From: Myxococcales bacterium
GTDB lineage: Bacteria; Myxococcota; Myxococcia; Myxococcales; UBA5297
Direction: 5' to 3'
Assembly: GCA_049841135.1 (NCBI GenBank)
Contig: JASGHK010000002.1
Coordinates: 863,116 to 927,115, forward strand
Length of the DNA: 64,000 nucleotides
A program made the position numbers and the translations under genes. Below are positions 30,143-39,732 of the stretch, piece by piece (position 1 is the first letter of the stretch; each line of letters opens with the position of its first letter). Below the pieces are notes generated by a model. That model was not told the origin of the DNA, did no database searches, and saw only the letters and a program-made list of their open reading frames with translations.

Positions 30143-30946
30143 TCACGCCGCGCGAATCACGTCCGGGTGCGCCGAGCGCAGGGTGATCAGCGTCACCTCC
30201 GGCGGCGCGTTGACGCGGATGGGCCACACCGCCCCGCCGATGCCGCGGCTGACGTACAGCTGCGTCCGGTCCAGGTGGAACCGCCCGGCGAGGTAGTGCT
30301 CCCGCATGCCGCGGAAGATGACCCGGGTGAGCCCGGGGATGTTGACGTGCCCGCCGTGGGTGTGCCCGGCCAGGCACAGGCTCGCCCGGTAGTGGACCAG
30401 GTACTCGGCGGTGCGGGGCACGTGCGCCAGGACCAGCCGCGATCCGGCGTGCGGCGTGCCGTGGAAGGCCTTGGGGATGTCCGTGTTCCGCGTGACGAGA
30501 TCGTCGAGGCCGACGACGGTCATCGCCACGCCGCGAAGCTTGAGCGTGGTGTGCTGGTTGCGCAGGACGGAGTAGCCCAGCCCCTCGAGCGCCCCCGCGG
30601 CCCCGTCGGCGTCCACCCAGTGATCGTGGTTGCCCAGGACTGCCACGACCGGCGCCTGGATCCCGCCGAGCTGCTGGCCGAGCAGGTGGATGCCCTTCTC
30701 GGCGTGGCTGAGGTAGTCGCCGGTCATCACCACGAGGTCGGGCGCGAAGGCGTTGGCTTGCGCGACCGCGGCCCGCACGCGCTTGGCGGGGGTCGCCCGC
30801 CCCACGTGCACGTCGGTGAGCTGGACGACCCTCAAGCCGTCGTGGGCCGGGTCGAGGTCCGGAAGGAGGAACTCACGCTTCTCGAGCTGGGGCTCGCTCC
30901 AGCCTTGCCCCGCGCTCCCCGTGCCTGCTCGCCGCTTTGCCGTCAT
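30143..30946 (-). CDS. metallophosphoesterase (calcineurin-like)
   Basis: ATG at 30944-30946 in the 3' part of ORF 30143..33286. Motifs present: LTDVHVG, MTGDYLSH, LGNHDHW and AGHTHGGH. The remaining 5' part of the track ORF is antisense to GH57 and spurious. Confidence 0.88.
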   Translation of the reverse strand: MTAKRRAGTGSAGQGWSEPQLEKREFLLPDLDPAHDGLRVVQLTDVHVGRATPAKRVRAAVAQANAFAPDLVVMTGDYLSHAEKGIHLLGQQLGGIQAPVVAVLGNHDHWVDADGAAGALEGLGYSVLRNQHTTLKLRGVAMTVVGLDDLVTRNTDIPKAFHGTPHAGSRLVLAHVPRTAEYLVHYRASLCLAGHTHGGHVNIPGLTRVIFRGMREHYLAGRFHLDRTQLYVSRGIGGAVWPIRVNAPPEVTLITLRSAHPDVIRAA

Positions 30947-31168
30947 CCGGGGTCCGATCGCTCCCTGCTCGAGTGACTTGGGATTATCCGCTCGCCTTCG
31001 AGACCGTCGCAACCGCGCCCCCTGGGCGGGCATTCCCGCCCCCACCCGTTGCCGCTTCCGGGTGGAATCCTCAGGGGTTTCGATAGCTGGACGGGCCTGG
31101 GGTTTCGCCGGCCCCCGCAGGCTTCGTGCTTCTCTTGCCAGGGTCCTTTCGGTAAGGTCCCCCTCGCC

Positions 31169-33346
31169 ATGCCCCGACTGCGCCTCTGTCTCCTCTGGCA
31201 CATGCACCAACCGATGTACCGCGACCCGGAATCGGGCGAGTACATCCTCCCCTGGGTCCGGCTGCACGCCACCCGGGCGTACTACGACATGGCTCGCGTG
31301 CTCGGGGAGTTCTCGGGCGCGCGGGCGGTCGTCAACATGGTCCCGTCGCTGCTCTGGCAGCTCGAGGACTACGTCCAGGGACGAGCGAAGGACCGCTTCC
31401 TCGACCTCACCCGGCGGCCCGCCGCCGAGCTGACGCCGAGCGAGCGCGAGTTCCTGCTGCGCAACTTCTTCATGGTGGATTGGGAGACCAACGTCCGCCC
31501 CATGCCGCGCTACTGGGAGCTGCTCCACAAGCGTGGCCGCGACGTGCGCGGGGTCGACCTCTCCAAGCTGGCCTTCACCATCGGCGAGCTGCGCGACCTG
31601 CAGGTGCTCTTCAACCTGCAGTGGTTCGGCTTCCGCGCGACCGAGGAGGAGGAGCTCATCCGGTCGCTGCGCGCCAAGGGCCGCGAGTTCACCGAGGACG
31701 AGAAGAACGCGCTGCTCGACGTGCAGCAGAAGGTCCTGCGCCAGGTGATGCCGGCGCTGGCCGAGGTGGCGAAGAGCGGCCAGGCCGAGCTGACGGTCAC
31801 GCCCTTCTACCACCCCATCCTGCCCCTGGTGATCGACACCGACTCCGCGCGGCGCTGCATGCCGCATGCGAACCTGCCGCAGCGCTTCACCTGGCCCGAG
31901 GACGCCCAGGTCCACGTCAAGCGCGCCCTGGACTTCGCCGAGAAGCACCTGCACACGCGCCCCAAGGGAATGTGGCCGGCCGAGGGCAGCGTCTCGCCCG
32001 AGGCGCTGATGGTCCTGGCGAACGAGGGCGTGCAGTGGGCGGCCACCGACGAGGGGAACCTGCTCCGCTCCCGGCCGCACCGCGAGCGCAACGGCAGCAC
32101 CCTCTACCGCCCCTACCGCGCCAAGGCCGGCAACCGCGAGATCGCGATGATCTTCCGGGACCGCGGCCTCTCCGACCTCATCGGCTTTACCTACCAGAAG
32201 GCCGACCCCGAGGACGCGGTCAGCGACCTGTTCAAGCACCTGGACACCATCGCCAAGGCCGCCGCGCCCGGTGAAGTCCCGCTGGTGACCATCGCGCTCG
32301 ACGGCGAGAACGCCTGGGAGCACTACCCGCACTCCGGCCGCGACTTTTTGCGCACGCTCTACCGGCGCCTGGCCGCGCACGAGGGCGGCATCGAGCCGGT
32401 CACCCCGTCGCAGCTCTTCGCGCAGGAGCCGCCCCGGGACGTCATCGACGAGATCCACACCGGCAGCTGGATCGACTCCAACTTTCGCATCTGGATCGGC
32501 CACCCGGAAGACAACCAGGGCTGGACCTACCTGCGCGAGGCGCGCCGCGCCGTCGCCGACCGCGAGGAGCAGGTGGCGCGGGGCCGGCAGGACCTGGCCC
32601 CCAAGGTCCAGGCGGCCAAGGAAGCGCTCTACGTCGCCGAGGGCAGCGACTGGTTCTGGTGGTACGGCGACGACTTCCACTCGGACTGCATCCAGGAGTT
32701 CGACGCGCTCTTCCGAAGCTACGTGAAGGCGGCCTGGCGCGCGCTGGGCGAGACGCCTCCTCCGCAGCTGGACACGCCCATCAAGCAGCAGGCGACGGCC
32801 GCCTCGGCCTCGGTGCAGGAGCCGCAGGGCTTCATCCACCCCCGCCTCGACGGCCGGGTGAAGAGCTACTTCGACTGGACCGGCAGCGGCCTGTACACCC
32901 CCAAGGAGGCGCAGGGCTCCATGTTCCGGGGCGAGGGCGCCTTCTCGTGCATGCGCTGGGGGTTCGACGAGACCACGTTGTACCTGCGCCTCGACCCGCT
33001 CTCGGCCGCCTCGGAGGCGATCAAGCAGGCCAAGGAGCTGCGGCTGATGCTGGGCTCGGGCGAGGCCCGCGCCGAGGTCTCCATCCCGCTGACGGTCGGC
33101 GAGCCGCAGCCCGTCCTGCTGATGGGGGAGCGCGGACCGGACAGGCCGGTCGGCCGCGCCAGCTTCCATGATATCTTCGAGGCCGGTTTGCCCTTTGAGA
33201 AGCTCGGGCTCTCGTCCGGGGTCCGAGTGGGGCTGGCAGTGCAGGTGATGCGAGACGGAGTGGAGACCGAGCGGTTGCCGAGGCACGGGTTTCTGGCATT
33301 CACGGTTCCGGACGCAGATTACGAGCGCAAGAACTGGAAGGTTTGA
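31169..33346 (+). CDS. glycoside hydrolase family 57 protein (alpha-glucan active)
   Basis: ATG at 31169 inside ORF 31049..33346. N-terminal CLLWHMHQPMYRD...WVRLHATRAYYDM, plus ELTVTPFYHPILPL and IALDGENAWEHY blocks characteristic of GH57. Confidence 0.85.
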   Translation: MPRLRLCLLWHMHQPMYRDPESGEYILPWVRLHATRAYYDMARVLGEFSGARAVVNMVPSLLWQLEDYVQGRAKDRFLDLTRRPAAELTPSEREFLLRNFFMVDWETNVRPMPRYWELLHKRGRDVRGVDLSKLAFTIGELRDLQVLFNLQWFGFRATEEEELIRSLRAKGREFTEDEKNALLDVQQKVLRQVMPALAEVAKSGQAELTVTPFYHPILPLVIDTDSARRCMPHANLPQRFTWPEDAQVHVKRALDFAEKHLHTRPKGMWPAEGSVSPEALMVLANEGVQWAATDEGNLLRSRPHRERNGSTLYRPYRAKAGNREIAMIFRDRGLSDLIGFTYQKADPEDAVSDLFKHLDTIAKAAAPGEVPLVTIALDGENAWEHYPHSGRDFLRTLYRRLAAHEGGIEPVTPSQLFAQEPPRDVIDEIHTGSWIDSNFRIWIGHPEDNQGWTYLREARRAVADREEQVARGRQDLAPKVQAAKEALYVAEGSDWFWWYGDDFHSDCIQEFDALFRSYVKAAWRALGETPPPQLDTPIKQQATAASASVQEPQGFIHPRLDGRVKSYFDWTGSGLYTPKEAQGSMFRGEGAFSCMRWGFDETTLYLRLDPLSAASEAIKQAKELRLMLGSGEARAEVSIPLTVGEPQPVLLMGERGPDRPVGRASFHDIFEAGLPFEKLGLSSGVRVGLAVQVMRDGVETERLPRHGFLAFTVPDADYERKNWKV

Positions 33347-33371
33347 GCGCGTTCAACAGCGAGCGGCGGTC

Positions 33372-34274
33372 TTGGCCAACAACATCCCCGACGATCCCCC
33401 AGGACAGGAAACCAGGGTCACGAAGATCAGCGTGGCGAAGATCAAGGCGCCCAGCGAGGCCTGCCTGGTCCAGATCTACGGTCCCGACCTGGGGAAGAAG
33501 TACCCGCTCAAGGACGTGAAGGACTTCACGGTCGGCCGCGAGGACGGCAACGACATCGTCGTGCCCCTCGACAACGTCTCGCGCAAGCACTGCCGCTTCC
33601 ACCAGAAGGGCGACAAGATCTTCGTCTCCGACCTGCAGTCCACCAACGGGACGACGCTCAACGACGAGGAGATCACCAAGGAGACGCCGCTGCGCTCCGG
33701 CGACCTGGTGAAGGTCGGCGGCGCCATCTTCAAGTTCCTCTACGGCGGCAACGTCGAGGCGCTGTACTACGAAGAGGTCTACCGGATGGCCATCGTCGAT
33801 GGCCTGACCCAGGTCTTCAACAAGCGCTACTTCCTGGAGTTCCTCGAGCGCGAGATGGCGCGCTGCCACCGCTACGGCCGGGCGCTGTCGCTGATCATGT
33901 TCGACATCGATCACTTCAAGCGCATCAACGACGACAACGGGCACCTGGCTGGCGACTACGTCCTGCACGACCTGGCGGCGCTGGCCAAGCAGCGGGTGCG
34001 CAAGGAAGAGTGCCTGGCGCGCTACGGCGGCGAGGAGTTCGCCATCGTGTTGCCCGAGAGCGGCCCGGACAAGGTGCGCGTCTTCGCCGACAAGCTGCTG
34101 CGGCTGGTCGCCGACCACAAGTTCAAGTTCGAAGACCGCGACATCCCGGTGACCATCTCCATCGGCGTGGCCGACATGTCGGCGGAGATCACCGAGCCCT
34201 CGCAGTTCATCAAGGCTGCCGACACCAAGCTGTACCAGGCCAAGCACGAGGGCCGGAACAGGGTGTGCGGGTAG
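33372..34274 (+). CDS. FHA domain-containing diguanylate cyclase (FHA-GGDEF)
   Basis: 300 aa with a TTG start. FHA block: FTVGREDGNDIVVPLDNVSRKHCRF...VSDLQSTNGTTLN. GGDEF block: DGLTQVFNKRYF...MFDIDHFKRINDDNGHLAGD...RYGGEEFAIVLPE. Confidence 0.88.
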   Translation: MANNIPDDPPGQETRVTKISVAKIKAPSEACLVQIYGPDLGKKYPLKDVKDFTVGREDGNDIVVPLDNVSRKHCRFHQKGDKIFVSDLQSTNGTTLNDEEITKETPLRSGDLVKVGGAIFKFLYGGNVEALYYEEVYRMAIVDGLTQVFNKRYFLEFLEREMARCHRYGRALSLIMFDIDHFKRINDDNGHLAGDYVLHDLAALAKQRVRKEECLARYGGEEFAIVLPESGPDKVRVFADKLLRLVADHKFKFEDRDIPVTISIGVADMSAEITEPSQFIKAADTKLYQAKHEGRNRVCG

Positions 34275-34296
34275 CGGGGCGCGGAAGGAAACAGCA

Positions 34297-34329
34297 TCGC
34301 CAAGGTCGCCAAGGGACCAAGGTCGCCAA
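34297..34329 (-). repeat. 34-bp dispersed repeat, copy 2 (inverted)
   Basis: CGCCAAGGTCGCCAAGGGACCAAGGTCGCCAAG matches the reverse complement of copy 1 at 33 of 34 positions. It starts 23 nt after the GGDEF gene stop. Confidence 0.85.
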
Positions 34330-34451
34330 GAAACGCTGCTCCCCATCAGCAAGCCGGAGTCGACGCTTCGAGCCTGCTCTTGGGCACCCATTCTCCAGGG
34401 CGCAGCCGACGCTGCAACCCAAGCCAGATCGACTCGGGGCCAGCCAAGAAA

Positions 34452-34485
34452 CCTTGGCGACCTTGGTCCCTTGGCGACCTTGGCG
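34452..34485 (+). repeat. 34-bp dispersed repeat, copy 3
   Basis: Exact copy of the 29727-29760 sequence. With copy 2 it forms an inverted pair around a 122-bp spacer. Confidence 0.85.
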
Positions 34486-34502
34486 AACGAACCCGCGCCG
34501 GT

Positions 34503-34825
34503 TCAATCACCCAGGCAGATGTCGAGCGAGCGCGCCGTCAGCACCATGTCGTCGTCCAGCGGAACGGCCTTCATCCGCTCGATGCCCTCGCTGAGCGGGA
34601 TGGTCTTCACCTTGGGCGGCGCCAGGGCGACCATCACGTTGATCTGCCCTTCGGCGAGCGCGCGGATGGCCGCGGCGCCGAAGCGCAGGCCCAGGGCCCG
34701 GTCGAAGGTCGAGGGGCTGCCACCGCGCTGCAGGTGGCCCAGCACCAGGCTGCGCGTCTCCTTGTTGGTCTGCTTGGTGATCTGGTCGGCGACGTAGGCG
34801 CCCACTCCGCCCAGGCGGAATCTCG
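34503..34825 (-). pseudogene. pfkA: 6-phosphofructokinase, 3' remnant only (last about 105 codons)
   Basis: The frame of ORF 34503..35159 reads ..GGVGAYVADQITKQTNKETRSLVLGHLQRGGSPSTFDRALGLRFGAAAIRALAEG...LDICLGD, which contains the PFK LGHLQRGG block and C-terminus. Upstream of about 34825 the same frame is Arg/Ala junk. There is no N-terminal PFK sequence and no start. Confidence 0.7.
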
Positions 34826-34837
34826 CGGCCCGCCTCC

Positions 34838-35140
34838 CTGCCGCTGGAGCTCCTCCAGCTCGTCGACGAGGTGCCACGACTCGTCCGGGTAGTCGTACAG
34901 CTCCGGTTCGCGCTGGCGCGCCTCCTCGTCGGGACCGTGGACGGTGTCTCCCAGCAAGACCCAGTGCGTCTCCTCCTCGGGCGAGCGCAGCCGCTCCTCC
35001 TCGAAGCGGCGCACCAAGGCGCGCCAGTCGGCCCCGTTGCCGTGCAGGTCCCCGCTGACCATGAGCGTCCCACGGGCCGGGAGGATGGCGACGCGGCCAG
35101 CACGGGAGCTCGCGGTGTCGGGAGGAGCGTCGGGAGTCAT
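34838..35140 (-). pseudogene. metallophosphoesterase, 5' remnant (about 100 codons) running out of frame into the pfk remnant
   Basis: From the ATG at 35138-35140 in ORF 34634..35212: ..LMVSGDLHGNGADWRALV...HWVLLGDTVHGPD.. These are phosphoesterase motifs I and II. No GNHE or later motif follows, and after ..ELEELQRQ the frame becomes low-complexity until its stop at 34634. Confidence 0.55.
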
Positions 35141-35214
35141 CGCGGGGCTGTTTTGCCACCCTTGGAGCGCTGCGTCGACTAAGGTAGTTTCTGCCGCCTT
35201 TTCGACAGGCACCT

Positions 35215-37639
35215 ATGGGCCACCTGACCTACGCCGACTCGCTGCCGCAGTGGATCCGCGCTGACCCGCCCGCACGAGGACTGGTGGCGACCTGCGGGGA
35301 GCGGCGAGTCGAGATCGCGGTGGTCGACGACGGCGTGGTGCGCCTGCGCTACCGCACCTCCCGCTCGCCGTCGTGGTCGCGCTCCTTCGCGGTGCTCCCG
35401 CACGACTGGTCCGCGGCCAGCGTCTCGGTGGCCCCCGACGGCGACGGGGTGCTGCTCTCCACCGACTCGCTGCGGCTGAAGGTCCTGCCCGACCTGCGCC
35501 TGTCGGCCGCGGACGCCAGCGGCCAGACGCTGCTCGAGGAGGAGCCCGGCGACGGCTGGTTCGAGCTTCCCGAGCGGCGTCAGCGGCGTGCAGCGCCGCA
35601 CCCCGCCCGGCGAGCGCTTCTACGGCTTCGGCGAGAAGACCGGCCCGCTCGACAAGCGCGGCCGGTCGATGACCTTCTTCAACACCGACCCCTTCGACGA
35701 CCGCTACGGCGGCTGGGCGCCCGAGGCCGACCCGCTCTACCTCTCCATCCCCTTCTTCATCGGCCTGCGCGAGAAGGTCGCCTACGGCCTGTTCACCGAC
35801 AACCCGGCCAAGCTCCTCTTCGACATGGCCGCGGCTTCTCCCACGGCCTATCGCATCAGCGCCGCGGCCGGCCCCGTCGACCAGTACCTCTTGGCCGGGC
35901 CGTCGATGGCCGAGGTGGTGCGCCGCTTCGCGTTCCTGACCGGGCGCATGCCGCTGCCGCCGCGCTGGGCGCTGGGCTACCACCAGTCGCGCTGGGGCTA
36001 CTTCCCGGACTCCGAGGTGGTGGAGATCTGCGCCCAGCTGCGCCGCCGCGGCATCCCCGCGGACGGCCTCTACCTCGACATCCAGCACCAGGACGGCTAC
36101 CGCCAGCTCACCTGGGACAAGAAGGGCTTCGCCAACCCGCGCGAGTTCCTCGAGTCCCTGGAGGCCATGGGCTTCAAGGCCAGCGTCATCGTCGACCCGT
36201 GCATCAAGGTCAATCCGCAGTGGGAGGTCTACAAGGACGGCCTGCGCAAGGGCTACTACCTCAAGACCGCCGACGGCACGGCGCACGTCGACGAGGTCTG
36301 GCCGGGGCACTCGGTCTTCCCCGACTTCACCAACCCCGACGTGCGCGCCTGGTGGGCGGGGCTGATGCGCCAGGAGACCGACCTGGGCGTGCGCGGCATC
36401 TGGCTGGACATGAACGAGCCAGCCACCTTCCGCAAGGACCGCGGCCGCACGCTCCCCGACAGCCTGGCCGCCCGCGGCGAGGGCCGGCCGGCGACCTTCG
36501 GCGAGGTGCACAACGCCTGGGCGCTGCAGGAGGCCAAGGCGACCTTCGAGGGGATGAAGGCGGCCCAGCCCGCACGCCGGCCGTTCCTGCTCACGCGCGC
36601 CGGCTACGCTGGAATCCAGCGCTACAGCGCGGTCTGGACCGGCGACTGCCCGTCGAGCTGGCAGGCGCTGCAGCAGACCCTGCCGATGCTGCTCAACCTG
36701 GGCCTGTCCGGCGTGCCCTTCGTGGGCAGCGACGTCGGCGGGTTCTCGGGCAAGGCCACGAGCGACCTCTACGCGCGCTGGATGCAGGTGGGCGCGCTCT
36801 CGCCGTTCTTCCGCGTCCACACCTCGATGAAGGGCAACCGGCAGGAGCCCTGGCAGTTCGGGCCGCACGTCGAGGGCCTGTCGCGCTCGATCATCGCCGA
36901 GCGCTACAAGCTGCTCGCCTACCTCTACAGCCTGGCCCACCACGCCAGCCTCACCGGCGAGCCCATCCTGCGGCCGCTGGTCTACGCCTTCCAGGACGAC
37001 CCGGCGACGCACGCCTTGGGCGACCAGGCCCTGCTGGGCCCGTTCCTGATGGCGGCGCCGGTGATGGAGAAGGGCGCGACGACCCGCCGGGTCTACTTGC
37101 CCGCCGGCCGCTGGTTCGACTTCTGGTCCGGCACGGCGCTCGAGGGCCCGGCCTCGGTGGACCTCGAGGTGAGCCTGGGCAGCCTGCCGCTGTTCGTGCG
37201 CGCCGGCGCGATCCTGCCGACCGTCGAGCCCTTGGCCTGGTCCGACAGCGAGCCGCACCGCTCGCTCTACTTCGACCTCTACCCCAGCGAGCTGGAGAGC
37301 ACCTTCGCCCTCTACGAGGACGACGGCGACGGCTTCGCGCACGAGGACGGCGTCTTCTCGCGCGTGGAGTACGTGCTGCGGCCCGAGGGCGGGACGCTGC
37401 GCTTCTTCCCCGGGGCGCGCACCGGCAGCCGCGACGCCGGCCCGCGCCGTCTCTCGGTGCGCCTGTGGGACGCGGCGCGCTTCCATCGGGTGAGCCTGTC
37501 GGGCCGCGAGCTGCCGCTGGTGCCGCCGGACACGTCGCTGTCGAAGCTCACCGAGGGCTGGAGCCGCGCCGCCGACGGCGGCCGCATCGTCGTCGCCTTC
37601 CCCGAGTCGAGCGACTGGGAGCTGCGCTTCCTGGCCTAG
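35215..37639 (+). CDS. glycoside hydrolase family 31 alpha-glucosidase; apparent +1 frame break at 35563-35569
   Basis: The N-terminal beta-sandwich part starts at ATG 35215 (MGHLTYADSL...GDGWFELP). The catalytic part is ORF 35588..37639 (ERFYGFGEKTG, YHQSRWGY, GIWLDMNEP, WTGDCPSSW). Deleting one T of GAGCTTC joins ..WFELP to SGVSGVQRRTPPGERFYGFGE. Confidence 0.85.
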
Positions 37640-37744
37640 CCGCGCCGCCTTCGCCTTCGCCGGAAGATTGCCGGTGCGCGAGGGCGCGCTATGCTCGGGA
37701 CGCATTCGCTCACGTCCTGGCCGATTCTCCCGAGGTCCCGCCTC

Positions 37745-39148
37745 ATGCTCCGCCGTCGTGCTGCGTTCGCCCTGGCGACCCTGCTCGCGCTGGCCCCCTT
37801 CGCAGCGCGCGCCGCGGAGGGCGCCGAAGTCCCTGCGCCGGCCCCGAAGAAGAAGCAGACCTCGGTCGCCGTGCTCGACCTGGCGGCGCTGGGCGCCCCG
37901 GCCGAGCTGGCGCAGAACCTGACCGCCATCGTCGCCGCCGAGGTCGGCCGCTACGACGACGTCAAGCCCATCACCCGCCGCGAGGTGTCCGCGCTGCTGG
38001 ACGTCGAACGCCAGAAGCAGCTCGTCGGCTGCACCGACGACGGCTGCCTCTCGTCGGTCGTCGGCGCGCTGGGCGTCCAGAAGATCGTCAGCGGCCAGCT
38101 GGGCAAGGTCGAAGGCTCCTACGTCCTGACCCTGCACCTCATCGACTCGCGCTCGGCCAAGGTCGAAGGGCGCGTGGTGCGCACGGCGCCGGTGGAGGGC
38201 GACGGGCTGCTCAACGCGGTCAAGAGCGCGGTGACCGACCTCATCGGCGCGCAGATCTCCTCCAAGAACCAGCTGCCGCGCATGGCGGTGGCCCAGAAGG
38301 TGGTGGCGCACGAGGAGGAGAAGGTCTCGCTGGACGCCTCGCGCAGCTTCGACCCCGACGGCGACCCGATGCGCTTCCGCTGGCGCCAGCTCGACGGCCC
38401 GCCGGCGCTGCTCGAGAGCCCGGAGCAGGCGCAGGCCGCCTTCAACGCCGCCGAGGTGGGGACCTACGTCTTCGCCGTGGAGCTGACCGACGGGCGCTCG
38501 CCGCCGCAGGAGGAGAAGTGCGAGGTGGAGGTGCGCCGCAAGAAGCGCTTCGTGCTCGCGCCGGCGTTCCAGACGCTGCTCTCGTTCAACCGCATCGCCG
38601 TCTCCAAGGACGACCCGGCCAAGCTCTACCGCAACCGCTCGCTGATGGGTGGGGCGCTGCTCGCCGAGCTGCGCTTCTCCCCGCGTTGGAGCCTCACCGC
38701 CGAGCTCGGCTACAACGTCATGCAGATCTACCCCGAGTCGGAGGCCGTGAAGGGCCGGGACTACCTGGACGCCAAGACCATCCAGTTCCTGGTCGGCGCG
38801 CGGGTCCTCTTCCCCTTCGACGCCTTCCGCCTGTTCGTCGGGCTGTCGGCCGGCATCGGGCGGCGCTACTACAGCGCCAGCTACCCGGGCGTCGGCGAGA
38901 GCAACATCACCGTCAACGAGGTCAACAGCGAGGCGGTCATCGGGGAGATCTCCGGCGGCGTGGAGATCCCCGTCCCCGCCTTCCTGGGCGTCCCGTTCGA
39001 CGAGTACGTCGGCGTCTTCGCCCAGGGCGGCATCCGCGCGCTCAAGGGCACCGACGTGGTGCGGCTGATCGACATCCCCATCGAGCTGCCCGGCAACGGC
39101 TTCCAGTGGGGCATCAACGGGACAATCGGCGTGTTCGTGCGGTTCTGA
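37745..39148 (+). CDS. secreted/outer-membrane protein (LpoB/CsgG-like N-domain, PKD-like domain, C-terminal beta-barrel-like region)
   Basis: ATG at 37745 gives the signal peptide MLRRRAAFALATLLALAPFAARA. Next come VAVLDLAALG...VSGQLGKVEGSYVLTLHLID and a PKD-like VSLDASRSFDPDGDPMRFRW...TYVFAVELTDG. The C-terminal third has alternating hydrophobicity and ends ..GVFVRF. Confidence 0.7.
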   Translation: MLRRRAAFALATLLALAPFAARAAEGAEVPAPAPKKKQTSVAVLDLAALGAPAELAQNLTAIVAAEVGRYDDVKPITRREVSALLDVERQKQLVGCTDDGCLSSVVGALGVQKIVSGQLGKVEGSYVLTLHLIDSRSAKVEGRVVRTAPVEGDGLLNAVKSAVTDLIGAQISSKNQLPRMAVAQKVVAHEEEKVSLDASRSFDPDGDPMRFRWRQLDGPPALLESPEQAQAAFNAAEVGTYVFAVELTDGRSPPQEEKCEVEVRRKKRFVLAPAFQTLLSFNRIAVSKDDPAKLYRNRSLMGGALLAELRFSPRWSLTAELGYNVMQIYPESEAVKGRDYLDAKTIQFLVGARVLFPFDAFRLFVGLSAGIGRRYYSASYPGVGESNITVNEVNSEAVIGEISGGVEIPVPAFLGVPFDEYVGVFAQGGIRALKGTDVVRLIDIPIELPGNGFQWGINGTIGVFVRF

Positions 39149-39178
39149 CCCGCCTCGGCACCCGCCCCCCCTCCGCCG

Positions 39179-39586
39179 TCAGGGCGCCTTCTTCTCGACC
39201 GTCTTCGTCGTCTGATAGCCCGTCACGTGCGCGTCGGTGATCACGCCCACGTGGTCGGTCTTGGCGACGCGGTGCTTGGCGAGCTGAGCCCGGTCCTTGC
39301 GGTCCGAGATGGCCATCCCCTCCGAGTGGGCGACGGCGTTCTTGCAGGCGAGCTCGCTCACCCCCTTGTGGCGCGCGGCGAGCTCCTGCCACAGCCGCAC
39401 GGTCGCCCGCCCCGAGTAGAGCCGGGCCTCGATGATCTCCAGCTCCGAGTCGAGCTCCCGGGCGCTGCGCGCGGACTCCTGGGCGGCCTGCGCGTCCGCG
39501 GCCGCGCGAGCCTTGGGCGCCTGGCCGCAGCCTGCGGCGACCAGGACCGACCCCAGCATGATTGCGGCGACGCCGCTCCTGGCCAC
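39179..39586 (-). CDS. small lipoprotein, hypothetical
   Basis: Lies in the 3' part of ORF 39179..39889. A GTG at 39586 (or the ATG at 39559) gives ..MLGSVLVAAGC with a lipobox. The remainder is charged and helical-looking. Confidence 0.6.
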   Translation of the reverse strand: MARSGVAAIMLGSVLVAAGCGQAPKARAAADAQAAQESARSARELDSELEIIEARLYSGRATVRLWQELAARHKGVSELACKNAVAHSEGMAISDRKDRAQLAKHRVAKTDHVGVITDAHVTGYQTTKTVEKKAP

Positions 39587-39732
39587 TCTCCCGCCCTCCC
39601 CCCTTTGCCGCCGGAGCTGGATGCCCCGCCCAGTCCCGGGAACCGTAGGCACCTGGAAGCCGGCAGGCAACCGCCCGCGCCCTCCGCTCGGGGGGGCGTG
39701 TCGGAGGCTGGATGGAGGGAGTGTTCCGGTTC

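Noticed and set aside
30947-33286. 5' two-thirds of the 1047-aa minus-strand ORF. Similar very long ORFs are 35213..38311(-), 39712..43713(+), 43385..46609(+), 15320..18388(-), 16111..18021(+), 1762..2997(-), 25977..28082(-) and 53386..54867(-).
   Set aside because: They are antisense to, or out of frame with, genes that carry clear motifs. Their translations are Arg/Ala/Gly/Pro-dominated low-complexity sequence typical of non-coding frames in high-GC DNA.
34811-34832. The pfk/phosphoesterase junction contains GCGAGATTCC on the minus strand, identical to the 10 bp ending in the IS66 target duplication. It also contains a GAATC on the + strand at 34818-34822.
   Set aside because: A single 10-mer match in 128 kb of two-stranded sequence is close to chance expectation. 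No IS end is present at the junction. Repairing the GAATC does not restore a meaningful upstream PFK frame.
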